The notes under the pieces are model-generated. The model saw only the letters and a list, made by a program, of their open reading frames with translations, did no database searches and was not told where the DNA came from. From an uncultured Bacilli bacterium (lineage in GTDB: Bacteria; Bacillota_I; Bacilli_A; RF39; UBA660): a DNA stretch of 64,000 bases. The translations under genes were made by a program, and so were the position numbers. The stretch's first letter is position 1; the number at the start of each line of letters is the position of its first letter. Shown piece after piece: positions 51,538 to 61,836 of the stretch. The stretch is from positions 17,281-81,280 of the forward strand of contig CAKPHO010000001.1 of the NCBI GenBank assembly GCA_934162195.1. Reading direction: 5' to 3'.

Positions 51538-51708
51538 TTATTTTTTTGTTTTAACAATTATATATTTTACTAAAGAGCCTATACATATTATAAAATAAAC
51601 GAAATCATATATATCAAACTTACGTAGTAAATTAATTAAAACAATTAATGATACTGCGACTACTACAGAAACAACTACTGTGAATTCTTTCTTTTCATCT
51701 AATGTCAT
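51538..51708 (-). CDS. hypothetical small two-TM membrane protein
   Basis: AAGGAG RBS before ATG 51708; two hydrophobic helices. No recognisable family. Confidence 0.4.
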   Translation of the reverse strand: MTLDEKKEFTVVVSVVVAVSLIVLINLLRKFDIYDFVYFIICIGSLVKYIIVKTKK

Positions 51709-51815
51709 AATTATCTCCTTTATGTTCTGCAACACTATCAGTATATCATGGTTTTTATTGTAAGTTCAAATATATTCGTTCCCTAAATTATGACATTTTA
51801 CAACATTTGACAATA

Positions 51816-53387
51816 TTATTGATGTTGAGTGTTTATTTCCTCTAATTTTGCATTTTTATCAATACGTGCAAATAAAGGTTCTGGTGCATTTAATTTAATT
51901 TCTGCATTCATACCTTCAAAATCATCTATTGAATCATAATACCTATTTTCAGTATTTAATTGTTTAAATATTGAAGTGGCAGTTTCTGGTAAGAATGGTT
52001 GAAGTAAAACCGCTCCATGACGAATAGCTTCTAATAAATTGTAAATAACAGCCACCAATTCTTCTTTTTTAGATTCATCTTTTGCTAAAGACCAAGGCAT
52101 TGTTTCATCTATATATTTATTACTGCGTCTAAATAATTCAACAATTTCTTCTAAAGCATCTGCTACTCTTAAATCGGTCATTTTAGCTTCTACTTTATCT
52201 TTAACTGATAATATATTAGATCTAAAACTATTATCTAAATCGCTTAATGTCGTTGGAACAAGAACATTGCCATCAAAATATTTCTGAGCCATACTAATAG
52301 TTCTATTAACTAAATTACCAATAACATTAGCCAAATCAGAATTTATTCTATCAATTAATAATTCATAAGTAAAAGTACCATCACTAGCAAAAGGCATTTC
52401 ATGAATCAAATAATATCTTACTGCATCAACACCAAAGTACTTAACTAAATCATCAGCATATATAATATTACCTCGCGATTTACTCATTTTATCTTCACCA
52501 GATAATAGCCAAGGATGTCCAAATACTTGCTTTGGTAATGGTAAATCTAAAGCCATCAACATAATTGGCCAATAAATAGTATGAAATCTTAAAATATCTT
52601 TGCCAATCAAATGAACATCAGCTGGCCAATATTTTTTAAACTCTTCACTATGATTACCATCTACATCATATCCTAAGAAAGTAATATAATTTGTAAGAGC
52701 ATCAATCCAAACATATATAACATGTTTAGGATCAAAGGTTACAGGAATCCCCCAAGTAAATGATGTTCTTGATACACAAAGATCTTGTAAGCCCTTTTTT
52801 ATAAAATTATTCATGATTTCATTCTTTCTACTTTCAGGTTGAATAAAATCAGGGTGTGCTTCAATATATTTTTCTAGTCTCTCTGCATATTTACTCATTT
52901 TAAAGAAGTATGCTTCCTCTTTTGCTGGAGAAACATCTCTCCCACAATCCGGACATTTTCCATCCACAAGTTGCGATTCAGTCCAAAAAGATTCACAAGG
53001 CGTACAGTATAATCCCTCATAAGTTCCCTTATAAATATCTCCTTGATCATATAATTTTTTAAATATTTTAGCAACCATCGCTTCATGCGCAGGATTGGTT
53101 GTTCTAACAAACTTATCATAACTTGTATTCATAATGTCCCAAATTCTTCTTATTTCTAGTGAAACATCATCAACAAACTGTTGTGGTTTAATTCCTTTTT
53201 CTTTTGCTTTTTCTTCTATTTTTACACCATGTTCATCTGTACCGGTTTGAAAATACACATCATATCCTACCAATCTTTTATAACGAGCAATTGCATCTGC
53301 TAAAACTATTTCATATGTATTTCCAATATGAGGTTTTCCCGATGTATAAGCAATTGCCGTTGATATATAATACTTACCCTTATCCAT
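51816..53387 (-). CDS. metG: methionine--tRNA ligase (short form, no C-terminal tRNA-binding domain)
   Basis: HIGNTYE (HIGH), KMSKSRGN (KMSKS), and zinc knuckle CTPCESF...CPDCGR. Confidence 0.94.
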   Translation of the reverse strand: MDKGKYYISTAIAYTSGKPHIGNTYEIVLADAIARYKRLVGYDVYFQTGTDEHGVKIEEKAKEKGIKPQQFVDDVSLEIRRIWDIMNTSYDKFVRTTNPAHEAMVAKIFKKLYDQGDIYKGTYEGLYCTPCESFWTESQLVDGKCPDCGRDVSPAKEEAYFFKMSKYAERLEKYIEAHPDFIQPESRKNEIMNNFIKKGLQDLCVSRTSFTWGIPVTFDPKHVIYVWIDALTNYITFLGYDVDGNHSEEFKKYWPADVHLIGKDILRFHTIYWPIMLMALDLPLPKQVFGHPWLLSGEDKMSKSRGNIIYADDLVKYFGVDAVRYYLIHEMPFASDGTFTYELLIDRINSDLANVIGNLVNRTISMAQKYFDGNVLVPTTLSDLDNSFRSNILSVKDKVEAKMTDLRVADALEEIVELFRRSNKYIDETMPWSLAKDESKKEELVAVIYNLLEAIRHGAVLLQPFLPETATSIFKQLNTENRYYDSIDDFEGMNAEIKLNAPEPLFARIDKNAKLEEINTQHQ

Positions 53388-53399
53388 TTTTATCATCTC

Positions 53400-53876
53400 C
53401 TAATTACTAGTTGTGGAACCAATTCCACCATTTCTCAAATTTTTTATTTCTTCTTCATCATCTACTGTTAAATATTTCATAAAAATTCCTTGAATCATAG
53501 CTTGACCTTTTTTTACCGAATAATCCTTGTCACCTTCATTTTGAATTTTAATCCAAATATGGCCTTCATTATCACTATTATAATAATCTGCATCTATTAC
53601 ACCAACTTGGTTACACATTCGAACATTATACTTAAATCCCATACTACTTCTATCAATAAGAAAAAGTACATCATCACTATTCATTTGTACTCTTACACCT
53701 GTTGGTATCTTTTTTATTTCTCCAGGCTTTAAAGTATAATCATACAAAGCAAAAAAGTCATACCCAGCACTATTCATAGTACTTCTTCTTGGTAATTGAT
53801 ACTCATTATATGCATCAATATCATCAAATATATCTTCTTTAAATTGTTCTAAACTAATCTTTTCAAATTTTCTCAT
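53400..53876 (-). CDS. dut: dUTP diphosphatase (trimeric dUTPase superfamily)
   Basis: PRRSTMNSAGYDF, IDRSSMGFK, GVIDADYY, and C-terminal RNGGIGSTT. Confidence 0.8.
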   Translation of the reverse strand: MRKFEKISLEQFKEDIFDDIDAYNEYQLPRRSTMNSAGYDFFALYDYTLKPGEIKKIPTGVRVQMNSDDVLFLIDRSSMGFKYNVRMCNQVGVIDADYYNSDNEGHIWIKIQNEGDKDYSVKKGQAMIQGIFMKYLTVDDEEEIKNLRNGGIGSTTSN

Positions 53877-53890
53877 TTTAACCTCCATAT

Positions 53891-54117
53891 AAAAATCACG
53901 CCCAAATAAGGACGTGATTAACGTGGTACCACCTTAATTTGTGTATATACACCTCAAACAATTAACGCTTGCACACGTATTTACCTACATATCGATAAAT
54001 CAAAAACTGAAACCATTCGAGATATAAAATCTTACTTTTTTTCACCATACAAAAGCTCTCTAAAAAGACAAATATATCTTTCTTTTCAATATAATCTTTT
54101 CAACTGGTGATATTATA
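53891..54117 (-). promoter_or_regulatory. T-box riboswitch leader (probable Met specifier) with promoter and intrinsic terminator, upstream of dut-metG
   Basis: Reverse strand: -10 TATAAT at 54117-54112 with TTGAAG 18 nt upstream; AGAGAG and GGTGAAA stem-I elements; CGAAUGG (AUG at 54016-54014) as candidate specifier; T-box core AAGGTGGTACCACG (53933-53922); and terminator AATCACGTCC...GGGCGTGATT plus TTTTT (53919-53891). Confidence 0.8.
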
Positions 54118-54130
54118 ACACAACAATACT

Positions 54131-54661
54131 CTAATCTTCAAGCATTTTCGACAAAAAATTAGCAGCTAATTGACAAATTTTATTATCTTCTTCTTTTATT
54201 TTTTCTGTATCAGAAAGTACTATAACCAGACCAAGGGCATCACCATTTGATATAATTGTTGATAAACAATAATTACAAGTTATAGCGTGATCGTTTACTA
54301 AATACAAAATCTTTTCATTACAATCAGTAATATTTACTCTATTTTGAAGGCAATCTATAAGTTGATTACTAATTTGTTTTTCCATAATTTCTTTTTTTAA
54401 ATTGCCTGCTACTGCTATAAAAATATCGCTATCGCAAATAATTATATCTTTTTTTAATGACGTATGAATTGATTCAACTAAGTTTTCAGCCATTTCTGTA
54501 AGTCTATTCATCTCCGAAAATCTTTTTAATATTACGTTATCATTATCTATTAAAATTTCTATATTTTCTCCATCTTTTATTCTTAAATTTTTTCTTATTT
54601 CTTTTGGAATTACTATTCTTCCAAGTTCATCTATTCTTCTTATTACACCCGTCGTTTTCAT
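54131..54661 (-). CDS. spoVT: stage V sporulation protein T (AbrB-type N-domain + GAF-like C-domain)
   Basis: MKTTGVIRRIDELGRIVIPKEIRKNLRIKDGENIEI; about 176 aa; mfd-spoVT neighbourhood as in Bacillus. Confidence 0.88.
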   Translation of the reverse strand: MKTTGVIRRIDELGRIVIPKEIRKNLRIKDGENIEILIDNDNVILKRFSEMNRLTEMAENLVESIHTSLKKDIIICDSDIFIAVAGNLKKEIMEKQISNQLIDCLQNRVNITDCNEKILYLVNDHAITCNYCLSTIISNGDALGLVIVLSDTEKIKEEDNKICQLAANFLSKMLED

Positions 54662-54764
54662 AAATTCCTCCATCCAATTTTATTTTGTCTAAATGTTTAG
54701 AATTTATACTTAACTTTTATTAATCTTTGTGTTATAATTACTTAAATATTCTAGGAGGATTTAA

Positions 54765-56390
54765 ATGAAAAAAATACTTATTTTTGGGCATAAAAAACCA
54801 GATACTGATAGTGTAGTTGCGTCTATTGCATTATCATATTTAAAAAATAAATTAGGTTTTAATACAGAACCAAGAATTTTAGGAGAAATTAATAACGAAA
54901 CAAAATATATACTAAACTATTTTAAAATACCAGTTCCTAAATACCTAAATGACGTTAAATTACAAATTAAAGATGTGAATTATTCTAAAGGATATGAAAT
55001 TGATGAAAAAAAGTCTATTTTCAATTGTTATAACTATATCAAAAATAATAAAATAAGTACTTTGCCTATCATTAATTCTAATGGAGAATTTTTGGGCGCT
55101 ACTAGTATGAAGGATATAGCTAGAGATTTAATAGAAAATAATAGAGAAGTGTTAAATACATCTTATCAAAACATTATTGAAACTTTAAACGGAAAAGAAA
55201 TAACTTCTTTTGATGAGGAAATAAAAGGAACAATATTAATTGCTGGGTATAAAAGTACAACATTTATTGAAAATGTAGAGTTGGGAAGAAATACTATTTT
55301 AATTGTAGGCGATAGACATAGTATTATAGAATATGCGGTTAAGCAAGGAATAAAAATGATAATCTTAACTAACGGCATTCAAATTAAAGAAGAACATTTG
55401 AAAATTGCTAAAGAAAATAAAGTTAATATCATTTCCACAAATTATAATACATTTAGTGTTTCACAAAAGATTAGCTTATGCAACTACATTTCAACTATAG
55501 AAGTTGACAAAAACGTTACTTATGTATACGAGAATGATGAATTAAATGACTTTATAGAATTAGCCAATAAAACAAAATTCAGCAATTATCCTGTCTTAAA
55601 TAAAAATAATAAATGTTTAGGAGTAATTAGACTAGCTGATGCTTCAGAAAAAAATAAACAAAAAGTAATATTGGTTGATCACAATGAATATATGCAAAGC
55701 GTTGATGGTATTGATGAAGCTGAAATATTAGAAATTATAGACCATCATAAAATTAGTGTATCTGATACAAAAATTCCAATTAACTTTAGAAATATGACTG
55801 TAGGAAGCACTAGCACAATTATTTATTTACTTTTTAAGGAAAATAATATTGAAATGCCATATGAAATTGCTGGAATATTAATGGGGGCTATTCTTTCCGA
55901 TACACTGTTATTTAAATCTCCTACTACAACAAATCTAGACAAAGCGATCGTAAGTGATCTTAGTGAAAAAACTAATATCAATTATGAAAATTTTGCATAT
56001 GAAATGTTTAAAGCAGGATCTAATATATTAGGCAAGACTCCAGAAGAAATAATATACTCTGACTTTAAAAATTTCACAATTAATAATAGAAAAATTGGGA
56101 TTGGACAAGTTTCTACATTAAACCCTGAACATATACTAACAAATCAAAATACTTATATAGAACTATTAAACAAAATAAGTAAAGATTTAAATTATGACAT
56201 TGTAGCATTATTTATAACTGATATTATGAATAATTGCTCACATTGCTTATATAATGAGTCAGCAAAGAATATTTTAGAATCTTGTTTCTCTAATAACTTC
56301 TACCAAGGAATTTCACTTCCTGGGATTATATCTAGAAAAAAACAAATTATTCCTACTATAATGGATGCTTTAGAAAAAGAAAAGGCGTAG
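54765..56390 (+). CDS. ppaC: CBS-domain-containing family II inorganic pyrophosphatase (DHH-CBS-DHHA2)
   Basis: FGHKKPDTDSVVASIALSY, ILVDHNE, IIDHHK, and DHHA2 C-terminal region with GIGQVST. A ~250-aa regulatory insert carries CBS-like repeats. Confidence 0.85.
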   Translation: MKKILIFGHKKPDTDSVVASIALSYLKNKLGFNTEPRILGEINNETKYILNYFKIPVPKYLNDVKLQIKDVNYSKGYEIDEKKSIFNCYNYIKNNKISTLPIINSNGEFLGATSMKDIARDLIENNREVLNTSYQNIIETLNGKEITSFDEEIKGTILIAGYKSTTFIENVELGRNTILIVGDRHSIIEYAVKQGIKMIILTNGIQIKEEHLKIAKENKVNIISTNYNTFSVSQKISLCNYISTIEVDKNVTYVYENDELNDFIELANKTKFSNYPVLNKNNKCLGVIRLADASEKNKQKVILVDHNEYMQSVDGIDEAEILEIIDHHKISVSDTKIPINFRNMTVGSTSTIIYLLFKENNIEMPYEIAGILMGAILSDTLLFKSPTTTNLDKAIVSDLSEKTNINYENFAYEMFKAGSNILGKTPEEIIYSDFKNFTINNRKIGIGQVSTLNPEHILTNQNTYIELLNKISKDLNYDIVALFITDIMNNCSHCLYNESAKNILESCFSNNFYQGISLPGIISRKKQIIPTIMDALEKEKA

Positions 56391-56415
56391 ACATGATGTA
56401 AAAAGTACATCATGT

Positions 56416-59400
56416 CTACGCTTTTTCTAATACATTTAATAAATCGATCAAATAATAAATAAAATGTTTATCTAAATTAACTATATCTAAAGTTATAACT
56501 AATCTCTTAAAACGCATACCAAATCTAAATTTTCGAGATATCTTAGATAAATTGATGAACAAATCATCAATTTTTATTTTATTTGTTAAATCTACCGGAA
56601 GCCATATTTCTATATTGTTTTTGTTTTGTTTTATATCTTTAATACCCAATTTTTTAGCTTTTTTCTCAAATAATTCCTCATACATATAAATAATAATATC
56701 TTCATTTAACTTTCCAAAACGATCCTCTAATTGATTTTTGACATCATTTAATTCATCTATATTATTAATATTGTTTATTAGCTTATGAATATATATTTTT
56801 AATTCATCTTCTTTTACATAGTTGTCAGAAATATTTGTTGTTACTTCTATTAAAGGTAACGTTTCACTCTCATTAGTTTCAGGAGTAACAATTCCTTTTT
56901 GTCTGTTAATCTCATCATCAAGTAATTTCATAAACATATCAATACCGACAGAATCTATAAAACCTGATTGTTCACTTCCCAATATATCTCCTGCTCCACG
57001 TATAGATAGATCTCTTTTTGCAATTGCAAAGCCACTACCTAATTCAGTAAATTCTTTTATAGCCTTTAATCTTTTTTCAGCAACTTCAGAAAGTATCTTG
57101 TGCTTGTTATACATCAAATAACAATAAGCTATACGATTGCTACGGCCGACTCTTCCTCTTAACTGATATAATTGTGATAATCCAAAACGATCTGCATCTA
57201 TAACAATTAAAGTGTTAACATTAGGTATATCAATCCCCGTTTCTATAATTGTTGTACAAACAAGAACATCGCTCTCTTTGTTAATAAATGCCATCATAAT
57301 ATTTTCAAGCTCTGTTTTATCCATCTGTCCATGTGCACTTGTTATTCTGGCTTCAGGAACTAGTTTTTGAATTTCATGAATTTTTTCATCCATATTATTA
57401 ATTTTATTATATAAAATAAATACTTGTCCCTGGCGTGCTAATTCTTTATGAATAGCATCTCTAATAATTTGATTATTTTCAGATAATACATACGTCTGTA
57501 CCGGCAATCTATCAACTGGTGGTGTTTCAATAACTGATAAATTTTTAATTCCTGACATCGACATTTGTAAAGTTCTAGGAATTGGGGTTGCAGATAGAGT
57601 TAGAACATCAATATTGCTTTTTATTTGTTTTATTTTTTCCTTATGTTTAACACCAAATCTTTGTTCCTCATCAATAATAAGTAAACCTAAGTCTTTATAA
57701 GTTATTTGATCATTTAATAATTTATGTGTACCAAATACAACATCTATCTTACCATCTTTTAAACCTTCTAATATCTTTGTCGTTTCTTTTGGAGAAACAA
57801 AACGATTAAGTAAAGCAATATTTATAGGATAATTTTTAAAACGTTCTAAAGCATTTTTATAATGTTGGTTAGATAGTATAGTTGTCGGGCATAAAAAGGC
57901 TACTTGTTTACCTGATAAAACAGCTTTAAAAACAGATCTAAATGCTACTTCAGTTTTTCCATATCCTACATCTCCACATAATAATCTATCCATTGGAACA
58001 ATTCTTTCCATATCGTGTTTAATTTCTTCTGATGCTTTTAACTGATCCTCTGTTGGAGTAAATTCAAATTCATTTTCAAATTCTAATTGATTTTTATCAT
58101 CTTTCGCAAAGGCAAAACCTTGAGCATTTTCTCTTTCCGCATAAAGTTTAATGAGATCTCCCGCTATACTTTCAACCTTTTTTTTAACTCTTAACTTTGT
58201 CTTTTGCCATTCTGTTCCATTTAATTTGTTTAATTTTGGAACAATTCCATCTCCAGATGAGTATTTTGTTATTAGTTCTATTTTCTCAACAGGTATATAT
58301 AATTTATCACCGTCTTTATACTCTATTTGTAAATAATCCTTTTTTAAACCATTTTTATTTAAAGTGGTAAGTCCAAGATATCTACCAATTCCATGAGCAT
58401 AATGAACAATATAATCACCAGGATTTAGCTTATCAATGTTTTTTATTTTAGTTCCGATTCTGAAATTACTTTTATACTTAATATTTTTATCTTTTGTATT
58501 AAAAATATGACGAGAAGAAATAATTATATAGTCTTTATATTCAAAACTATCATTTATTCTTTTTATAATTAAATTTATTTTACCTTCAAATATTTCGTCT
58601 TCGTTTGTAACTACAATATTATCTGTATCTAAAATTAACTCTAAATTAGTTAATTGATATCTGTTATCTAAGCAAATAATAATAGTTTTCTTATTTTTAA
58701 TATATTTTTTTAATACAACTTTTAATTCATCTTTATCTTTAAAGAAAGTATCAAATTCTTTAATATTATAAATGGTTTTATCTGATAATTTTAAATCATC
58801 AAAAGATATAAAATTTATATATTTTCCGGGAAATAATTCTTCTAAAGAAAACATATACCTTTTCTCTTTTTCTATCCCTTGTGAAATATTGTATTCAACT
58901 ATCTCATTTAAAGTTTCTTCATATCCTAGTTTTATTTCATTATAATCATTAAATACTGTTAAATCAGAGGCTAAAAAGTCTCTAACACTACTATTTTGTG
59001 TACTATCAACAAATACGTTATCTGTGTTAGGATATATATATATTTGATCTAATTTTTTTAAACTAAGTTGAGTATTAACATCAAAAATTCTAATACTCTC
59101 TATTTCATCATCAAAAAATTCTAATCGCACCGGATTTTCCATAGATACAGGATATATATCAATTACAAAACCTCTAACCGCAAAATCCCCCGTTTTTTCT
59201 ACTAAAGTTTCTTTTTCATATCCAAGATCTACTAATCTCTCAACTAATTTATTAAAATCAAATGTCTTACCGATTTTTAAATTTAAAATTCCATTAAGAA
59301 ATCTATCTTTATTGGGAAGGTATTTTAAATATCCCATTAAATTAGTTATAACTATATAATTATTATCTTTAGATAACTCTATTAGTGTTTCTATTCTTTT

Positions 59401-59652
59401 TATTTTTAACTCTGGTGATGATGCTAAAACTTCACTAGTTAAAAAGTTATCCATGGGAAATAATAATACTTTTTCTGTATAAGTATTTATATATTGATAC
59501 AAAGTATTAGCTTCATACAAACTATTTGTTACAACTAAAAAACCTTTATTTTTCTTTTTAAGTAATTCATAGCAATACATAGCTTTTAGTTCACTATTTA
59601 AACCAACTATATTTGAAGCGTCAAAATTAAATTTTGAACTTATTATTTTCAT
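56416..59652 (-). CDS. mfd: transcription-repair coupling factor
   Basis: CarD-like segment (GDYIVHYAHGIGRY), helicase motifs GDVGYGKTEVA, DEEQRFGV and TATPIPRT, and a TRG-like region. Confidence 0.94.
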   Translation of the reverse strand: MKIISSKFNFDASNIVGLNSELKAMYCYELLKKKNKGFLVVTNSLYEANTLYQYINTYTEKVLLFPMDNFLTSEVLASSPELKIKRIETLIELSKDNNYIVITNLMGYLKYLPNKDRFLNGILNLKIGKTFDFNKLVERLVDLGYEKETLVEKTGDFAVRGFVIDIYPVSMENPVRLEFFDDEIESIRIFDVNTQLSLKKLDQIYIYPNTDNVFVDSTQNSSVRDFLASDLTVFNDYNEIKLGYEETLNEIVEYNISQGIEKEKRYMFSLEELFPGKYINFISFDDLKLSDKTIYNIKEFDTFFKDKDELKVVLKKYIKNKKTIIICLDNRYQLTNLELILDTDNIVVTNEDEIFEGKINLIIKRINDSFEYKDYIIISSRHIFNTKDKNIKYKSNFRIGTKIKNIDKLNPGDYIVHYAHGIGRYLGLTTLNKNGLKKDYLQIEYKDGDKLYIPVEKIELITKYSSGDGIVPKLNKLNGTEWQKTKLRVKKKVESIAGDLIKLYAERENAQGFAFAKDDKNQLEFENEFEFTPTEDQLKASEEIKHDMERIVPMDRLLCGDVGYGKTEVAFRSVFKAVLSGKQVAFLCPTTILSNQHYKNALERFKNYPINIALLNRFVSPKETTKILEGLKDGKIDVVFGTHKLLNDQITYKDLGLLIIDEEQRFGVKHKEKIKQIKSNIDVLTLSATPIPRTLQMSMSGIKNLSVIETPPVDRLPVQTYVLSENNQIIRDAIHKELARQGQVFILYNKINNMDEKIHEIQKLVPEARITSAHGQMDKTELENIMMAFINKESDVLVCTTIIETGIDIPNVNTLIVIDADRFGLSQLYQLRGRVGRSNRIAYCYLMYNKHKILSEVAEKRLKAIKEFTELGSGFAIAKRDLSIRGAGDILGSEQSGFIDSVGIDMFMKLLDDEINRQKGIVTPETNESETLPLIEVTTNISDNYVKEDELKIYIHKLINNINNIDELNDVKNQLEDRFGKLNEDIIIYMYEELFEKKAKKLGIKDIKQNKNNIEIWLPVDLTNKIKIDDLFINLSKISRKFRFGMRFKRLVITLDIVNLDKHFIYYLIDLLNVLEKA

Positions 59653-59694
59653 TAATACTCACCTCCTAACGACAAAAATGATACATTTGTATCA

Positions 59695-60258
59695 TTAGTT
59701 CTTTTTATTATATTTATTCATTAATCTATCAAAATCCATTGAAAGAAAATCATCAATTATATTAGCGCTAATTTTAATAGCATGTTCTAAAATATCATAC
59801 TCTTCTCTAGAAAATTTTCCTAAAACATAATCTTTTGTTTCAATACTTTTATCATTTGATATACCTATCTTTAAACGTTTATAATTATTACTTCCAAGAT
59901 TTGATTCTATATTTCTAAGTCCATTATGTCCACCACAACTACCGTGTTCGCGAAGTTTAATTTTTCCGATTGATAAATCTAAATCATCATTAATAATAAG
60001 AATATCGTCAATATTTATTTTATAAAATTTAACATAATCTCTAACCACTTCGCCAGAAAGATTCATGTATTTTTGAGGTTTCAAAAACATAACTTTTTCA
60101 TTATTTATTGAAGTTTCACAATATAGCCCATTAAATTTATTTTTATTAAACTCTAAACCTTTATGTGAAACATAATTATCAACAACCATAAATCCTACAT
60201 TATGCCTTGTCTTTTCATATTCACGTCCTGGATTTCCTAATCCAACAATTAATTTCAT
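59695..60258 (-). CDS. pth: peptidyl-tRNA hydrolase
   Basis: LIVGLGNPGREYEKTRHNVGF, GGHNGLRNI. Confidence 0.94.
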   Translation of the reverse strand: MKLIVGLGNPGREYEKTRHNVGFMVVDNYVSHKGLEFNKNKFNGLYCETSINNEKVMFLKPQKYMNLSGEVVRDYVKFYKINIDDILIINDDLDLSIGKIKLREHGSCGGHNGLRNIESNLGSNNYKRLKIGISNDKSIETKDYVLGKFSREEYDILEHAIKISANIIDDFLSMDFDRLMNKYNKKN

Positions 60259-60265
60259 AATTCAC

Positions 60266-61108
60266 CTACTTACTTATATTGTGATAAATATTATATATTT
60301 CTTTTTTTGCAACATTTCTATCCTTTGCAACTAACTTTATAGCATCATTAACGCTATTTCCTTCTTTGATATAAGCAGTAACATGCTCTGCTACACTTAT
60401 ATTTGTATAATCAACACAATCAGTATTTCCTTCAACAACTACAACAAATTCACCTTTTATATTATCAAATTTATCTATAACATCAACAATTGTTCCTCGC
60501 ACGACTTCTTCATATTTTTTACTTATTTCTTTAGAAATAGAAATTCGCCTATTTCCAAAAACTTTATAGATATCTTCCAAAGTTTCTTTTAATCGATGAG
60601 GTGATTCGTAAAAAATTATAGTTGCTTTTTCTTTTTTTAATTCTTCAAGTTCTTTGTTTTTTTTAGATTGTTTACTATTTAAAAACCCATAAAATAAAAA
60701 TGGCGATGGATTAAGTCCAGACGTAATTAAAGCAGGAATAAGTGCCGTAGGTCCTGGAAGACCAACTACATTATATCCTTTTTCGATAGCAATTTTTACT
60801 AAATCATAACCGGGATCACTTATAATCGGAGTGCCTCTATCTGTAACAATACCAACATCATGCCCATCATCTAAATATTTTAAAAACTTATCTTTATTTT
60901 CTTTTTCATTATATTCATGACTTGATATAAGTTTTTTCTTAATATTTAAGTGATTTAGTAACAATGATGTAACTCTAGTATCTTCAGAAAAAATTACCTC
61001 TACCATTTTTAATGTATTAACAGCTCTTAATGTAATATCTTCCAAATTTCCGATTGGAGTTGGAATTAAATATACGGTTGGGCTTCCATCGTAACTTTTT
61101 TGAAACAT
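60266..61108 (-). CDS. rsmI: 16S rRNA (cytidine1402-2'-O)-methyltransferase
   Basis: LYLIPTPIGNLEDITLRA, SDPGYDLV. ATG 61108 follows a GAGGTGA RBS. Confidence 0.9.
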   Translation of the reverse strand: MFQKSYDGSPTVYLIPTPIGNLEDITLRAVNTLKMVEVIFSEDTRVTSLLLNHLNIKKKLISSHEYNEKENKDKFLKYLDDGHDVGIVTDRGTPIISDPGYDLVKIAIEKGYNVVGLPGPTALIPALITSGLNPSPFLFYGFLNSKQSKKNKELEELKKEKATIIFYESPHRLKETLEDIYKVFGNRRISISKEISKKYEEVVRGTIVDVIDKFDNIKGEFVVVVEGNTDCVDYTNISVAEHVTAYIKEGNSVNDAIKLVAKDRNVAKKEIYNIYHNISK

Positions 61109-61113
61109 ACTTT

Positions 61114-61836
61114 TCACCTCTCAAAATATTTTAAAACTTCTTTTGTATATTTTCCATTTTCATCATGAACAATTAAATTTTCTAGAATTTTTAAACCTGG
61201 ATTTCCATTTTTTCTACCTTCAACCAAGACCATATTAGCCTCTTTTCCTATTTTAGGATAAATAAACCTTATTTTTTTAGGCTCGATATTATGGTTTCGC
61301 ATTGAACATAAAATATCTACTAATCTATCAGGTCTATGAACGATTGCGACCACACCATTATTTTTCAATAATTTTCTAGATATTTTAAATAAATCTTCTA
61401 AATTTAATTTTACTTCATGGCGTGCGATTGTTTTTGCATCATTTTTATTTAATTTAGATTGTTCACATACTTTAAAAAATGGTGGATTACAAGTTATCAC
61501 ATCAAATGAATCACTTTCTATATTTTTACTTAACTCATTTATATCATCATTTATTATTCTTATCTGTTCTAAAAGATTATTCTCTAAAACTGACTCTTTT
61601 GCTAGTTCAGCGATATCCTTTTGAATTTCTACACCAATTATTTTAGCATTTGTTTTTGTAGATAAAATAAGTGGAATCGGTCCATTTCCACAGCCTATAT
61701 CCATTATTTTTGTTATATTTTTATTTAAAGTAACAAAATTAGGTAATAAAACCGAATCTAAAGAAAAATTAAAACTTTCTGTATCTTGAAAAATATACAT
61801 GTCATTATATCCTAATAAATAGTTTTTAACTTTCAT
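61114..61836 (-). CDS. tRNA1(Val) (adenine37-N6)-methyltransferase-like (YabB/TrmN6)
   Basis: MDIGCGNGPIPL SAM loop, ITCNPPFF catalytic motif, and the yaaT-yabB-rsmI neighbourhood. Confidence 0.8.
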   Translation of the reverse strand: MKVKNYLLGYNDMYIFQDTESFNFSLDSVLLPNFVTLNKNITKIMDIGCGNGPIPLILSTKTNAKIIGVEIQKDIAELAKESVLENNLLEQIRIINDDINELSKNIESDSFDVITCNPPFFKVCEQSKLNKNDAKTIARHEVKLNLEDLFKISRKLLKNNGVVAIVHRPDRLVDILCSMRNHNIEPKKIRFIYPKIGKEANMVLVEGRKNGNPGLKILENLIVHDENGKYTKEVLKYFER

